64,000 bases of DNA, from the NCBI GenBank assembly GCA_035765795.1, contig DASTWX010000238.1, positions 4,635 to 68,634 on the forward strand, written 5' to 3'. Within the stretch, counting starts at the first letter, position 1; each line of letters starts with the position of its first letter. The notes under the pieces are model-generated. The model saw only the letters and a list, made by a program, of their open reading frames with translations. It had not been told where the DNA came from and ran no database searches. Positions 55,830-64,000 of the stretch are shown one piece after another. The stretch comes from Pseudolabrys sp. (GTDB lineage Bacteria; Pseudomonadota; Alphaproteobacteria; Rhizobiales; Xanthobacteraceae). Made by a program: the position numbers and the translations under genes.

Positions 55830-56876
55830 TCATCGGGCGAGCTTGAACTGCAATAGCAACGTGCGCTGGATGGGCGAGAAATTGTCGTCCGAAACCAGCG
55901 TGAGAATGGTATCGCCTTGCGCATCGCGCGAGACGCCGATCCCCTCCATATTGTCGATCTGATACGCGAGATCGGCCTTGATCAGCGTATCCCCATCCAC
56001 CAGCGCGCCGGCCTTGATGCTCGCGAGCGGGATGCGACGGATACGCATGGCGACGCCGCGCGCGATCGAATAGCGGCGCTCCAGCAGCAGCAGATCGTCG
56101 GACGGCAGAATGGCGCAATCGCTGACATCGAAATCATCGCTGCGTTTGACGCTGAACGTTTTGAACGCGTGACCGCCGGCGAGCAAAAACGCGCGATGAT
56201 TGCCTGCATCATCGAGGCTGCGCTCGGTGACCGCGATCAAATCGCCTTTGAGCGGTGAACTTTGCGGTGCGGCGGCCAGACATTCGAGGCTCTTGTTCTT
56301 AGCGAGACTCTTGAATGCCGGCGGCACCGGGATCGGCTGCCCGCGCGCGCGCAGGCCCTTCTTGAGATCGAACCGCACGATCCGCTGTACCCGTTCGATA
56401 CCAACGTAGGCGTGATCGGCACCGTCTTCGGTAAGCGACTCGGTATCGTACCAGCCGCCCTTGGCAAGTGGCTTACCGTTTTCGCCCAGCATCGGCGCCA
56501 TCTCGACATCGGTAAGACCAGCGGGACGGCCGTCCCGATAGAGGATGCGCCCACGGAGCCAGGCGCCGCGATCGTTGATGGCGAGAAAACGGTTTCCGTC
56601 CGGATCGACATGAATCGCGGAGATGCCACCAAAATTAGGATCTTCCGACGTGAGTTCGAGACCACCCAGAAACGCGAGCGCACCAAAGCGCGTGCGCGAG
56701 GGATCGCGATTGTCAAAGGACGCGATCGGCGCGGCTTGGACAGTGACCGCGGTCGGGGCTGCCGGATAGCGTCCCCGTCCCAATGACCAGGCACCGGCGC
56801 TCACACCGGCAAGCCCGAGCGCGCCAACCAGAATGCCGGTAATCAGCCAGCGACGACGCGAGGACACGAAGCGCAT
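55830..56876 (-). CDS. Esterase-like activity of phytase family protein (Tat-like signal)
   Basis: SRRRWL signal, FGGISAI, DTESL, LECLA, LLLLERRY, IDNMEG, LVSDDNFS..QRTLL. Confidence 0.85.
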   Translation of the reverse strand: MRFVSSRRRWLITGILVGALGLAGVSAGAWSLGRGRYPAAPTAVTVQAAPIASFDNRDPSRTRFGALAFLGGLELTSEDPNFGGISAIHVDPDGNRFLAINDRGAWLRGRILYRDGRPAGLTDVEMAPMLGENGKPLAKGGWYDTESLTEDGADHAYVGIERVQRIVRFDLKKGLRARGQPIPVPPAFKSLAKNKSLECLAAAPQSSPLKGDLIAVTERSLDDAGNHRAFLLAGGHAFKTFSVKRSDDFDVSDCAILPSDDLLLLERRYSIARGVAMRIRRIPLASIKAGALVDGDTLIKADLAYQIDNMEGIGVSRDAQGDTILTLVSDDNFSPIQRTLLLQFKLAR

Positions 56877-57108
56877 GGGGATCAGCCGGTACTCCACTTA
56901 GTTCCCGCGCACTCGCCGCCGCGAAGCCAAAACAGCTTCGCTTTGGCGAAGCGGGGAGCGAGAGTCCAGTATTTTGCGCTGGGTCCCCGCCTCCCGCTTT
57001 CGCGCTGCGCGCTTCGACGGGCGCAGGCATAGGTTCGTCGAAGCCAATTGGCAAAGACGGGTCGCGGGGACGAGCGGAAAATTTCGCAAACGGTGTGCAA
57101 TCGGGACC

Positions 57109-59010
57109 TCAAGCCACGCGCCTCCGTATGCGCGGTCGCGGCTCCGGGCGAACCTCCGCTGCATGCTCTTCGAATAGCTCGGCGAGCTTCTCGGTCATGG
57201 CCCCGCCGAGTTCCTCGGCGTCCACGATGGTGACGGCGCGGCGGTAATAACGCGTGACGTCATGGCCGATCCCGATCGCGATCAGTTCGACGGGCGAGCG
57301 GGTCTCGATCTCTTCGATAACCCACCTGAGATGCCGCTCCAGATAATTGCCGGGATTGACCGAAAGCGTGGAGTCGTCGACCGGGGCACCGTCAGAGATC
57401 ATCATCAGGATCTTGCGTTGTTCGGTGCGGGCCAACAGGCGCTTGTGCGCCCAGTCGAGCGCCTCGCCGTCGATGTTCTCCTTGAGCAAGCCCTCGCGCA
57501 TCATCAGCCCGAGATTCTTGCGCGCGCGGCGCCACGGCGCGTCGGCGGACTTGTAGATGATATGCCGAAGATCGTTGAGACGTCCCGGATTGGCCGGCTT
57601 GCCGGCGGTGAGCCAATGCTCACGCGACTGGCCGCCCTTCCAGGCGCGCGTGGTGAAGCCGAGAATTTCGACTTTGACGCCGCAGCGCTCGAGTGTGCGG
57701 GCGAGAATGTCGGCGCAGGTCGCGGCGACGGTGATCGGGCGGCCACGCATCGAGCCGGAATTGTCGAGCAGCAGCGTCACGACAGTGTCGCGGAATCGCA
57801 TGTCCTTCTCAGCCTTGAACGAAAGCGGGTGCAGCGGATCGACAACGACACGCGACAGCCGCGCGGGGTCGAGCATGCCTTCTTCGAGGTCGAATTCCCA
57901 GGAGCGGTTCTGTTGCGCCATCAAGCGGCGCTGCAATCGATTGGCCAGGCGTGCGACCACGCCTTGCAAGTGCGAAAGCTGCTTATCCAGATATCCGCGC
58001 AACCGGTCGAGTTCTTCCGGGTCACATAGATCCTCGGCCGCGATCGTCTCATCGAACTTGGCAGTGAACGCGCGGTAGTCCGGCCCACGCGGCTCGTTGG
58101 CGCCGAACTGGCGGGGCCGCTGCGGCTCACCTGGGGTTTCCGCGTCACCCATTTCGCTGTCATCTGCCATCTCCGACGTTGGCGCCTCGGCGGCTTCCGC
58201 GGCGGAATCGGGCAGATCTTCGGCCGAGAGTTGGGTATCTTCCATGCTCGACCGCTGCATGTCGTCCGACTCCGTCGCTTCGCCCTCTTCGCCGGACTGC
58301 TGCTGCCGCTTGTCCTCTTCCCCTTCCTCCTGCTCGTCGTCGGAATCCTGGCTGCGGTCCTCGCCCATATCGAGCGAATCGAGCAGGTCGTGCACGGCAT
58401 CCCCGAACAGGCGCTGATCCTCGAGCAATGCTTCCAGCCGGTCGAGGTCGCGTCCGGCGCGCTCCTCGATCAGCGGCCGCCATAGATCGACCAGCTTTTT
58501 CGCAGCCGGAGGCGGCGTCGAGCCGGTCAACCGCTCGCGGACCATCAGCGCCAGCGCTTCCTCGATCGGCGCATCTGCGCGGTCGGTAATCTCGTCGAAC
58601 TTGCCGCGATGATAGCGGTCGTCGAGCATGGCGCCGAGGTTCTTGGCGACGCCGTCCATGCGGCGCGAGCCGATCGCCTCGACACGCGCCTGCTCGACCG
58701 CCTCGAAAACCGCGCGTGCCTGCTGACCCGCCGGCTGCAAACGGCGGTGCACCGCCGCGTCATGACAGGCGACCCTGAGCGCGATCGAGTCGGCGTGGCC
58801 GCGCACGATCGCCGCCTCGCGTTTGCCGAGCTTGCGCGGCGGCTCCGGCAGCCGGACTTTGCCGCCCATCAGGCCGGGCCGCTCGGCGGCGAAAGAAACC
58901 TCGAGCTCGCCCTTACGGGCTATGGCGCGCAGGCAGGCGCCGACCGAACGCTTGAATGGCTCTGTCGGCGATTCCTTCGCCGAGGGCTTGGGCTTATTGT
59001 TCGGGGCCAT
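57109..59010 (-). CDS. cobT: Cobaltochelatase subunit CobT (vWA)
   Basis: RG.ADS.ALR, acidic linker, [49 protein letters not shown]. Confidence 0.95.
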   Translation of the reverse strand: MAPNNKPKPSAKESPTEPFKRSVGACLRAIARKGELEVSFAAERPGLMGGKVRLPEPPRKLGKREAAIVRGHADSIALRVACHDAAVHRRLQPAGQQARAVFEAVEQARVEAIGSRRMDGVAKNLGAMLDDRYHRGKFDEITDRADAPIEEALALMVRERLTGSTPPPAAKKLVDLWRPLIEERAGRDLDRLEALLEDQRLFGDAVHDLLDSLDMGEDRSQDSDDEQEEGEEDKRQQQSGEEGEATESDDMQRSSMEDTQLSAEDLPDSAAEAAEAPTSEMADDSEMGDAETPGEPQRPRQFGANEPRGPDYRAFTAKFDETIAAEDLCDPEELDRLRGYLDKQLSHLQGVVARLANRLQRRLMAQQNRSWEFDLEEGMLDPARLSRVVVDPLHPLSFKAEKDMRFRDTVVTLLLDNSGSMRGRPITVAATCADILARTLERCGVKVEILGFTTRAWKGGQSREHWLTAGKPANPGRLNDLRHIIYKSADAPWRRARKNLGLMMREGLLKENIDGEALDWAHKRLLARTEQRKILMMISDGAPVDDSTLSVNPGNYLERHLRWVIEEIETRSPVELIAIGIGHDVTRYYRRAVTIVDAEELGGAMTEKLAELFEEHAAEVRPEPRPRIRRRVA

Positions 59011-59027
59011 GAGTTGTGTTCGCCCTC

Positions 59028-59134
59028 GTCATTCCGGGGCGCGCTGAAAGCGCGAGCCCGGAATCCAGAAACACGCTCCGTGTGTCCAACTCTGGATTCC
59101 GGGTTCGCGAGCTTCGCTCGCGCCCCGGAATGAC
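59028..59134. repeat. REP/RIME-like nested palindrome filling the cobS-cobT spacer
   Basis: GTCATTCCGGGGCGCG / CGCGCCCCGGAATGAC perfect 16-bp terminal inverted repeat, and internal CCCGGAATCCAGA / TCTGGATTCCGGG. Confidence 0.85.
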
Positions 59135-59137
59135 AGA

Positions 59138-60124
59138 TTAGGATAGCGCCACGTTAACCGCGCTCTCCGGCAACTCCACGCCGAAGCAACGCTGATAGAA
59201 CTCGGCCACGATCGGCCGCTCCAGCTCATCGCATTTGTTCAAAAACGTGAGCCGGAAGGCGAAGCCGAGATCGTTGAAGATTTCCGCGTTTTCCGCCCAC
59301 GTGATCACCGTCCGCGGGCTCATGACCGTCGAGATGTCTCCGTTCATGAAGGCATTGCGGGTGAGGTCGGCAACACGCACCATCTTGCCGACGATGTCGC
59401 GGCCCTGCTCGTTCCGGTAATGCTTGGCTTTGGCGAGGACAATCTCGACCTCGTTGTCATGCGGCAGATAATTCAGCGTCGTGACGATCGACCAGCGATC
59501 CATCTGGCCCTGGTTGATCTGCTGCGTGCCGTGATAGAGGCCAGAAGTATCGCCCAATCCGACCGTGTTAGTGGTGGCGAAGAGGCGGAAAGCCGGGTGT
59601 GGCTTGATCACCCGGTTCTGGTCGAGCAGCGTGAGACGGCCCGATGCTTCCAACACGCGCTGGATCACGAACATCACGTCCGGGCGGCCGGCATCATATT
59701 CGTCGAAGCAGATGGCGATGTTGTTTTGCAGCGCCCAGGGCAGGATGCCGTCGCGGAATTCGGTGATTTGCTGGCCGTCCTTGATCACGATGGCGTCTTT
59801 GCCGATCAGGTCGATGCGGCTGATGTGGCTGTCGAGATTGACGCGCACGCACGGCCAGTTCAGCCGCGCCGCCACCTGCTCGATATGCGTTGACTTGCCC
59901 GTGCCATGATAGCCGGTGACCATGACGCGACGGTTCTTGGAGAAGCCTGCGAGGATCGCCAGCGTGGTCGGACGGTCGAAACGGTAATCCGGATCGACGT
60001 CGGGCACGTGTTCATCCGGCGTCGAAAAAGCCGGCACTTCCATGTCGCTGTCGATGCCAAAGACCTGCCGGATCGACACTTTCATATCCGGCAGGCCGGC
60101 GACCTCTGCTGTTGCGGCAGTCAT
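59138..60124 (-). CDS. cobS: Cobaltochelatase subunit CobS (AAA+)
   Basis: [48 protein letters not shown]. Confidence 0.96.
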   Translation of the reverse strand: MTAATAEVAGLPDMKVSIRQVFGIDSDMEVPAFSTPDEHVPDVDPDYRFDRPTTLAILAGFSKNRRVMVTGYHGTGKSTHIEQVAARLNWPCVRVNLDSHISRIDLIGKDAIVIKDGQQITEFRDGILPWALQNNIAICFDEYDAGRPDVMFVIQRVLEASGRLTLLDQNRVIKPHPAFRLFATTNTVGLGDTSGLYHGTQQINQGQMDRWSIVTTLNYLPHDNEVEIVLAKAKHYRNEQGRDIVGKMVRVADLTRNAFMNGDISTVMSPRTVITWAENAEIFNDLGFAFRLTFLNKCDELERPIVAEFYQRCFGVELPESAVNVALS

Positions 60125-60318
60125 TGATCCTCCACGGCTTCGGCCAGCCCGAAGCCCGATACGGTCCGAATATCTCGACGGTCAGGCTGATGCGGCGGCA
60201 ACTTAGCAGACCGACGCGCCCGGACAACCCGCCCCCCGCGCAGGGCACCCCGAGCATTTTCAATGAGATAAGCACGCCAGTCGCGGCCTGAAAGGCAGCT
60301 GCAGGGTTTTCGCAGGCC

Positions 60319-60918
60319 TCAGCCGAAGCCGACTGACTTCAAGTAGTTGTACGACTGGATGATCTCCACCAGCCGGTCCTCGGTCGAGCGATCGCCCCCA
60401 TTGACGTCGGGATGATGGCGCTTAACCAGTTCCTTGAAACGCGCCTTCACCTGCTGCGCCGTCGCCCCCACCTCGAGGCCCAAAGTGTCGAGCGCTTTAC
60501 GTTCCGCATTACGGATCACGCGGGTCTCGGCCCGGCGTTGCTGTTCCCGACGCATGTCTTCGCCGAACAGGCCAAAGGGGTCGGCGTGCTGAGCGAAGCT
60601 GCTTGCATTCTCGCGCGCGCCGCCTTTGCCGGTTCCCATCTTCCAGGTCGGGCGGTGGCCTGTGATGGCATCCTTTTGGTACGCCATCACGTCCGTGTCG
60701 CTCATGCCGGCGAAGAAGTTATAGGCTTGGTTGTATTCGCGGACGTGATGCAGGCAATAGCGCCAATAATCCTTCTCGCGGCCGCGCCCCTTCGGGGCAC
60801 GATGGGTCGCAGCCTCCTGACAGCCGACCCATTCGCAGATTGGCCCGCCCGACTTTACGCGCCGGTCCTTCTCCGGTTTGACGCGGATACCGTCAAAAAG
60901 GGGTGAGTCGAATTTCAT
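60319..60918 (-). CDS. C-terminal J-domain protein
   Basis: N-terminal CEW.GC...C..H metal-binding-like segment, HVREYN..YN, and J-domain HHPD motif. Confidence 0.9.
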   Translation of the reverse strand: MKFDSPLFDGIRVKPEKDRRVKSGGPICEWVGCQEAATHRAPKGRGREKDYWRYCLHHVREYNQAYNFFAGMSDTDVMAYQKDAITGHRPTWKMGTGKGGARENASSFAQHADPFGLFGEDMRREQQRRAETRVIRNAERKALDTLGLEVGATAQQVKARFKELVKRHHPDVNGGDRSTEDRLVEIIQSYNYLKSVGFG

Positions 60919-60996
60919 GACCTAACAATATGCGCTTTAGCCAATGCCATATTCAAGACTTGACAGCAGGCGCGAAGCGGAAACCGCGGATGCATC

Positions 60997-61025
60997 GTTG
61001 ACACCACGGGGCGCCCTCACTTAAT
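60997..61025 (+). promoter_or_regulatory. Probable sigma70 promoter of bolA
   Basis: GTTGAC-N17-CTTAAT, which would place the TSS a few nt before ATG 61036. Confidence 0.45.
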
Positions 61026-61035
61026 TCGATATGCG

Positions 61036-61311
61036 ATGCGCACTGCCGATCGGATCACGCGGAAATTGACGGAGGCTTTCGCGCCGGAGAGCCTCGAGGT
61101 CGTTGACGAATCGCACCGGCACGAAGGCCATGCCGGGCACCGGCCGGGCGGCGAAACTCACTATCGAATCTATATCGTGTCGGCAGCATTCAAAGGAAAG
61201 ACCCGGCTGCAGCGCCACCGCATGATTAATGAGGCGTTGGCCGGCGAACTCGCGGGCGGTGTCCACGCCCTCGCCATCCACGCGGCGGCGCCGGGAGAAG
61301 GTGGCATTTAG
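61036..61311 (+). CDS. bolA: BolA family protein
   Basis: L.V.DESH.H.GH, THY.I.IVS..F.G..R..RHRMI, VHALAI. Confidence 0.94.
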   Translation: MRTADRITRKLTEAFAPESLEVVDESHRHEGHAGHRPGGETHYRIYIVSAAFKGKTRLQRHRMINEALAGELAGGVHALAIHAAAPGEGGI

Positions 61312-61333
61312 TCAGCGAGAAAGCTCAAAACGC

Positions 61334-62896
61334 TTATGCGAGGCCCATCGGCAAGGGACTCGTTTCCGTCGCTGCAATCATTTCCCGGGCGAGGCGTTCA
61401 AGCATGTCGCGTTCCATCATCCGCGCCGCCGGTTGTCCCCACAGATTTTGCATCTCTGTCGCGTCTTCTTGCAGGTCGTACAGTTCGGCCCAATCCGCGC
61501 CTTCGAACAGGCTGAAACGCGAACTGTCAGTAACCAGGGTGCGCATGCGGATGCGGCCGGGAAAGCCCATGTAAATCCGCTGGCCTTCCTCTTCTATGAG
61601 GACCGCGTCCCGCGCCGCGCCAGAGCCATCGATGACGGGCAGTTGGGAGACACCTTGCATGCCGTTGACCGGCGCAACGCCGGCGCGATCGAGTACGGTG
61701 CGCGCGATGTCAACCGTAGCAGCAAGCCCGGAGCGGCGGCCCGTCATCCGCCGGTCGGCGGTATCCTTCCAGACGAAGGGAACGCGGATCAGGCCTTGAT
61801 AGTGGACCGGGCCTTTCAGCATGAGCTGATGATCGCCCATGAGGTCGCCGTGATCGGAGGTGAATACGACGACCGTATTGTCTGCAAGACCCGATTGCTC
61901 GAGCACGGCCAAGATGCGCCCCACGGCATCGTCGATCATCGCGATCATGCCATAGGTGAGCGCCGTGAGCCGCCGTGCTTCGTCCTCAGTGCAAGCGAAT
62001 AGCGCGGGCGTATCCTTGCGCGCCGTGCCGTTATCGCGTTCATCCAACAGATGGCGCACATGCGGCGGGCTGGTCTCGCGGTCGATTTGCCAGCTGGCCG
62101 GCAGCGGAATGTCGGATGCCCGATACATGTCCCAATAGCGCCCGGGCGGCGTGAACGGATGATGGGGATCCGGAAACGAGCTCATCAAAAAGAACGGCCG
62201 TCCGGCATTCGCAGCGAACTCGCGCAGTCGTGCGGTAGTCTGCTCGGCGACGTATGTTGTCGGATAGAGTTCCTCGGGCAGCCGCGTGCGCCAGGCCTGC
62301 GGGAGATCGGCGGCCTCGTTGGAGAGCGCATTTTGCGGGCCACGAAGCGAATCGGGATCGGGATGTCGCGCCCGCAGCCAACGGGTGTAATGACCTTCGA
62401 CCTCGTCACTGTGCAGGATAGCGAGATCGACGCCGTCGAAGCCGTAATAGGGAAGGTCGAGGTCGTGCGCCGGATCGTCCCGCCATTTGGCCGCGATTTC
62501 CTGGTCATAGCGTCCGCCATTGCCATGGCGCCGCGCCTCCGCGACCCCGGCGCTCGAGGCGCCAACCGCGGGTTTACCGGTCATGTTCTGGAGATGGGAT
62601 TTGCCGACGAGGTGCGTTCGGTAGCCCGCCTTCCGGAGGAGCTCGACGAACGTCACCGATTCCAGCGGCAATGGAATGCCGTTATGCCTCACCCCATTGA
62701 GCGACGGCGGACGGCCTGTCATCAGCGACGCGCGATTCGGCATGCAGATGGCGGACGACACATAAAACCGATCGAAGCAGACCCCGCCACGCGCGATTCC
62801 GTCGATCGCCGGCGTCTTCAGGATCGCGTTGCCATAGCAGCCGAGATGGTCCGCCCGATGCTGGTCGGTGATTATGAACAGAAAATTGGGACGCAT
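61334..62896 (-). CDS. Cys-type sulfatase
   Basis: LFIITDQHR, formylglycine motif CMPNRASLMTG, GKSH, SFPDPHHP, FTSDHGD, ELYDL..D..E..NL. Confidence 0.92.
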   Translation of the reverse strand: MRPNFLFIITDQHRADHLGCYGNAILKTPAIDGIARGGVCFDRFYVSSAICMPNRASLMTGRPPSLNGVRHNGIPLPLESVTFVELLRKAGYRTHLVGKSHLQNMTGKPAVGASSAGVAEARRHGNGGRYDQEIAAKWRDDPAHDLDLPYYGFDGVDLAILHSDEVEGHYTRWLRARHPDPDSLRGPQNALSNEAADLPQAWRTRLPEELYPTTYVAEQTTARLREFAANAGRPFFLMSSFPDPHHPFTPPGRYWDMYRASDIPLPASWQIDRETSPPHVRHLLDERDNGTARKDTPALFACTEDEARRLTALTYGMIAMIDDAVGRILAVLEQSGLADNTVVVFTSDHGDLMGDHQLMLKGPVHYQGLIRVPFVWKDTADRRMTGRRSGLAATVDIARTVLDRAGVAPVNGMQGVSQLPVIDGSGAARDAVLIEEEGQRIYMGFPGRIRMRTLVTDSSRFSLFEGADWAELYDLQEDATEMQNLWGQPAARMMERDMLERLAREMIAATETSPLPMGLA

Positions 62897-62949
62897 GCCG
62901 TCTCTATCCGGCGTTAATGTCGCGCACGATCATCGCATTATTCGTGATG

Positions 62950-63915
62950 TCACTCGACGTGCATGTGCGCCGCTTTGACGACGCCGCCCCATAGCTTGGT
63001 CTCGCGGTCGATCTCGGCTTTCGCCGCCGCCGCACCGGTGCCGACAGGCTCGAGATCCTGCGCGCGCAACTTGGCCTGAAGATCGGGAGCTTTCAGCGCG
63101 TCGCGCACCTTGCTCTCCAACAATGTTGCAACGTTATCGGGCACCCCCGCCGGAGCCATCATGACAAAATACGTGTCCACCCTGAAACCCGGATAGCCCG
63201 ACTCGGCAACAGTGGGAACCTTGGGCGCCAATGGCGAGCGGCGGGGCGAGGATATCGCGAGCCCCTTCAATTTTCCGGCGAGGACGTGCGGAAGGACGCC
63301 GACCGTCGAGACAAAACCGGCCTGGACGTGCCCACCGAGCAGCGCCGTCACCAGCGGCGCGTTACCCTTGAAGGGCACCGCCACGGCCTGGAAGTGCGCG
63401 CGCATGCGGAAATACTCCATCGCCAGGTGGCCCGGGCTGCCATAGCCGGCATGGGCGTAAACGACCGGCTTCTTTCGCGCATAGGAGACGAATTCGGCGA
63501 GCGAGTTGACCGGCACCGATGGGTGGACGACCAGCATCTGGCTCGAGTCGGTAAGAAGCGAAATCGGCCTGAAATCCTTATTCGGATCGAACGGCAGATG
63601 CTTGTAAAGCGCGGGGTTCACCGTGAGCGTCGTGCACAAATCGACGAGCAACGTGTAGCCGTCAGGGGCCGCCTTTGCGACCGCCTCCGTGCCGATGTTT
63701 CCGGCTGCGCCCGGCCGATTCTCCACGACCACCGTCTGCTTGAGGCTGACCGACAATTTCTCGCCGACAGCGCGGGCAACGAAGTCGAGCGGCCCGCCCG
63801 CCGAGAATGGGACAATGATCTTGATTGGGTGGGACGGATAACTATCCGCCTGCGCGGCACCGGCGGCGCCGAGAGACGTTGCAGCGAGCAGCAACAGCAG
63901 CGTGCGCCTGTTCAT
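62950..63915 (-). CDS. Bug/TctC tripartite tricarboxylate transporter substrate-binding protein
   Basis: IVPFSAGGPLD..AR, VENRPGAAG.IG, APDGYTL, GS.GHL, PTVAESG. GGAGG RBS before ATG 63915. Confidence 0.92.
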   Translation of the reverse strand: MNRRTLLLLLAATSLGAAGAAQADSYPSHPIKIIVPFSAGGPLDFVARAVGEKLSVSLKQTVVVENRPGAAGNIGTEAVAKAAPDGYTLLVDLCTTLTVNPALYKHLPFDPNKDFRPISLLTDSSQMLVVHPSVPVNSLAEFVSYARKKPVVYAHAGYGSPGHLAMEYFRMRAHFQAVAVPFKGNAPLVTALLGGHVQAGFVSTVGVLPHVLAGKLKGLAISSPRRSPLAPKVPTVAESGYPGFRVDTYFVMMAPAGVPDNVATLLESKVRDALKAPDLQAKLRAQDLEPVGTGAAAAKAEIDRETKLWGGVVKAAHMHVE

Positions 63916-64000
63916 TGGAGACCTCCCCGATCCTCGTCTTGCGTTTGCACGCTCCGGCGGAACACCGGCCGCGGCGGGGCGCATCGTGCACAGTATCGAA

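Noticed and set aside
1-64000. CRISPR arrays, IS/transposases, prophage genes, rRNA, defence systems
   Set aside because: No regularly spaced repeats or recognisable protein motifs for any of these.

Overview
High-GC alphaproteobacterial chromosome segment. Gene content and order resemble Hyphomicrobiales of the Bradyrhizobium/Xanthobacteraceae neighbourhood (inference). Left to right: (1) a partial S10 serine carboxypeptidase whose stop codon lies inside a REP-like palindrome; (2) an IclR-associated uptake/catabolic operon (SsuA/TauA-type ABC importer, COG0523 metallochaperone, dihydroorotase-like amidohydrolase); (3) a ~20 kb alpha-glucan/trehalose supercluster (glgP, malQ, glgE-treS/mak-glgB-glgX-treZ-treY, otsA); (4) a cytochrome c plus PQQ dehydrogenase with a lanthanide-type WDYD motif; (5) ctpA, a DUF2147 gene and hpnN; (6) an uncharacterised cassette of a LysR regulator divergent from two GNAT-fold genes, an atypical isochorismatase-family gene and a small conserved-looking ORF, next to tRNA-Arg(CCT), with a degenerate copy of the tRNA 5' half 1 kb away; (7) secreted low-complexity, PRC-barrel and SPW proteins; (8) a core region (thermonuclease-like, M48, carD, fdxA, S4, SUV3-like helicase, DUF3108, rpmB, phytase-like, cobT, cobS, J-domain, bolA) interrupted by a VOC/MarR/MFS block; (9) a sulfatase with a Bug/TctC binding protein. 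Several GGAAC-N16/17-(C/G)GTT motifs, the sigma-EcfG general stress response consensus, sit upstream of the stress and storage genes. I found no CRISPR array, transposase, integrase or rRNA. All calls come from motif reading by eye; no database searches were run.
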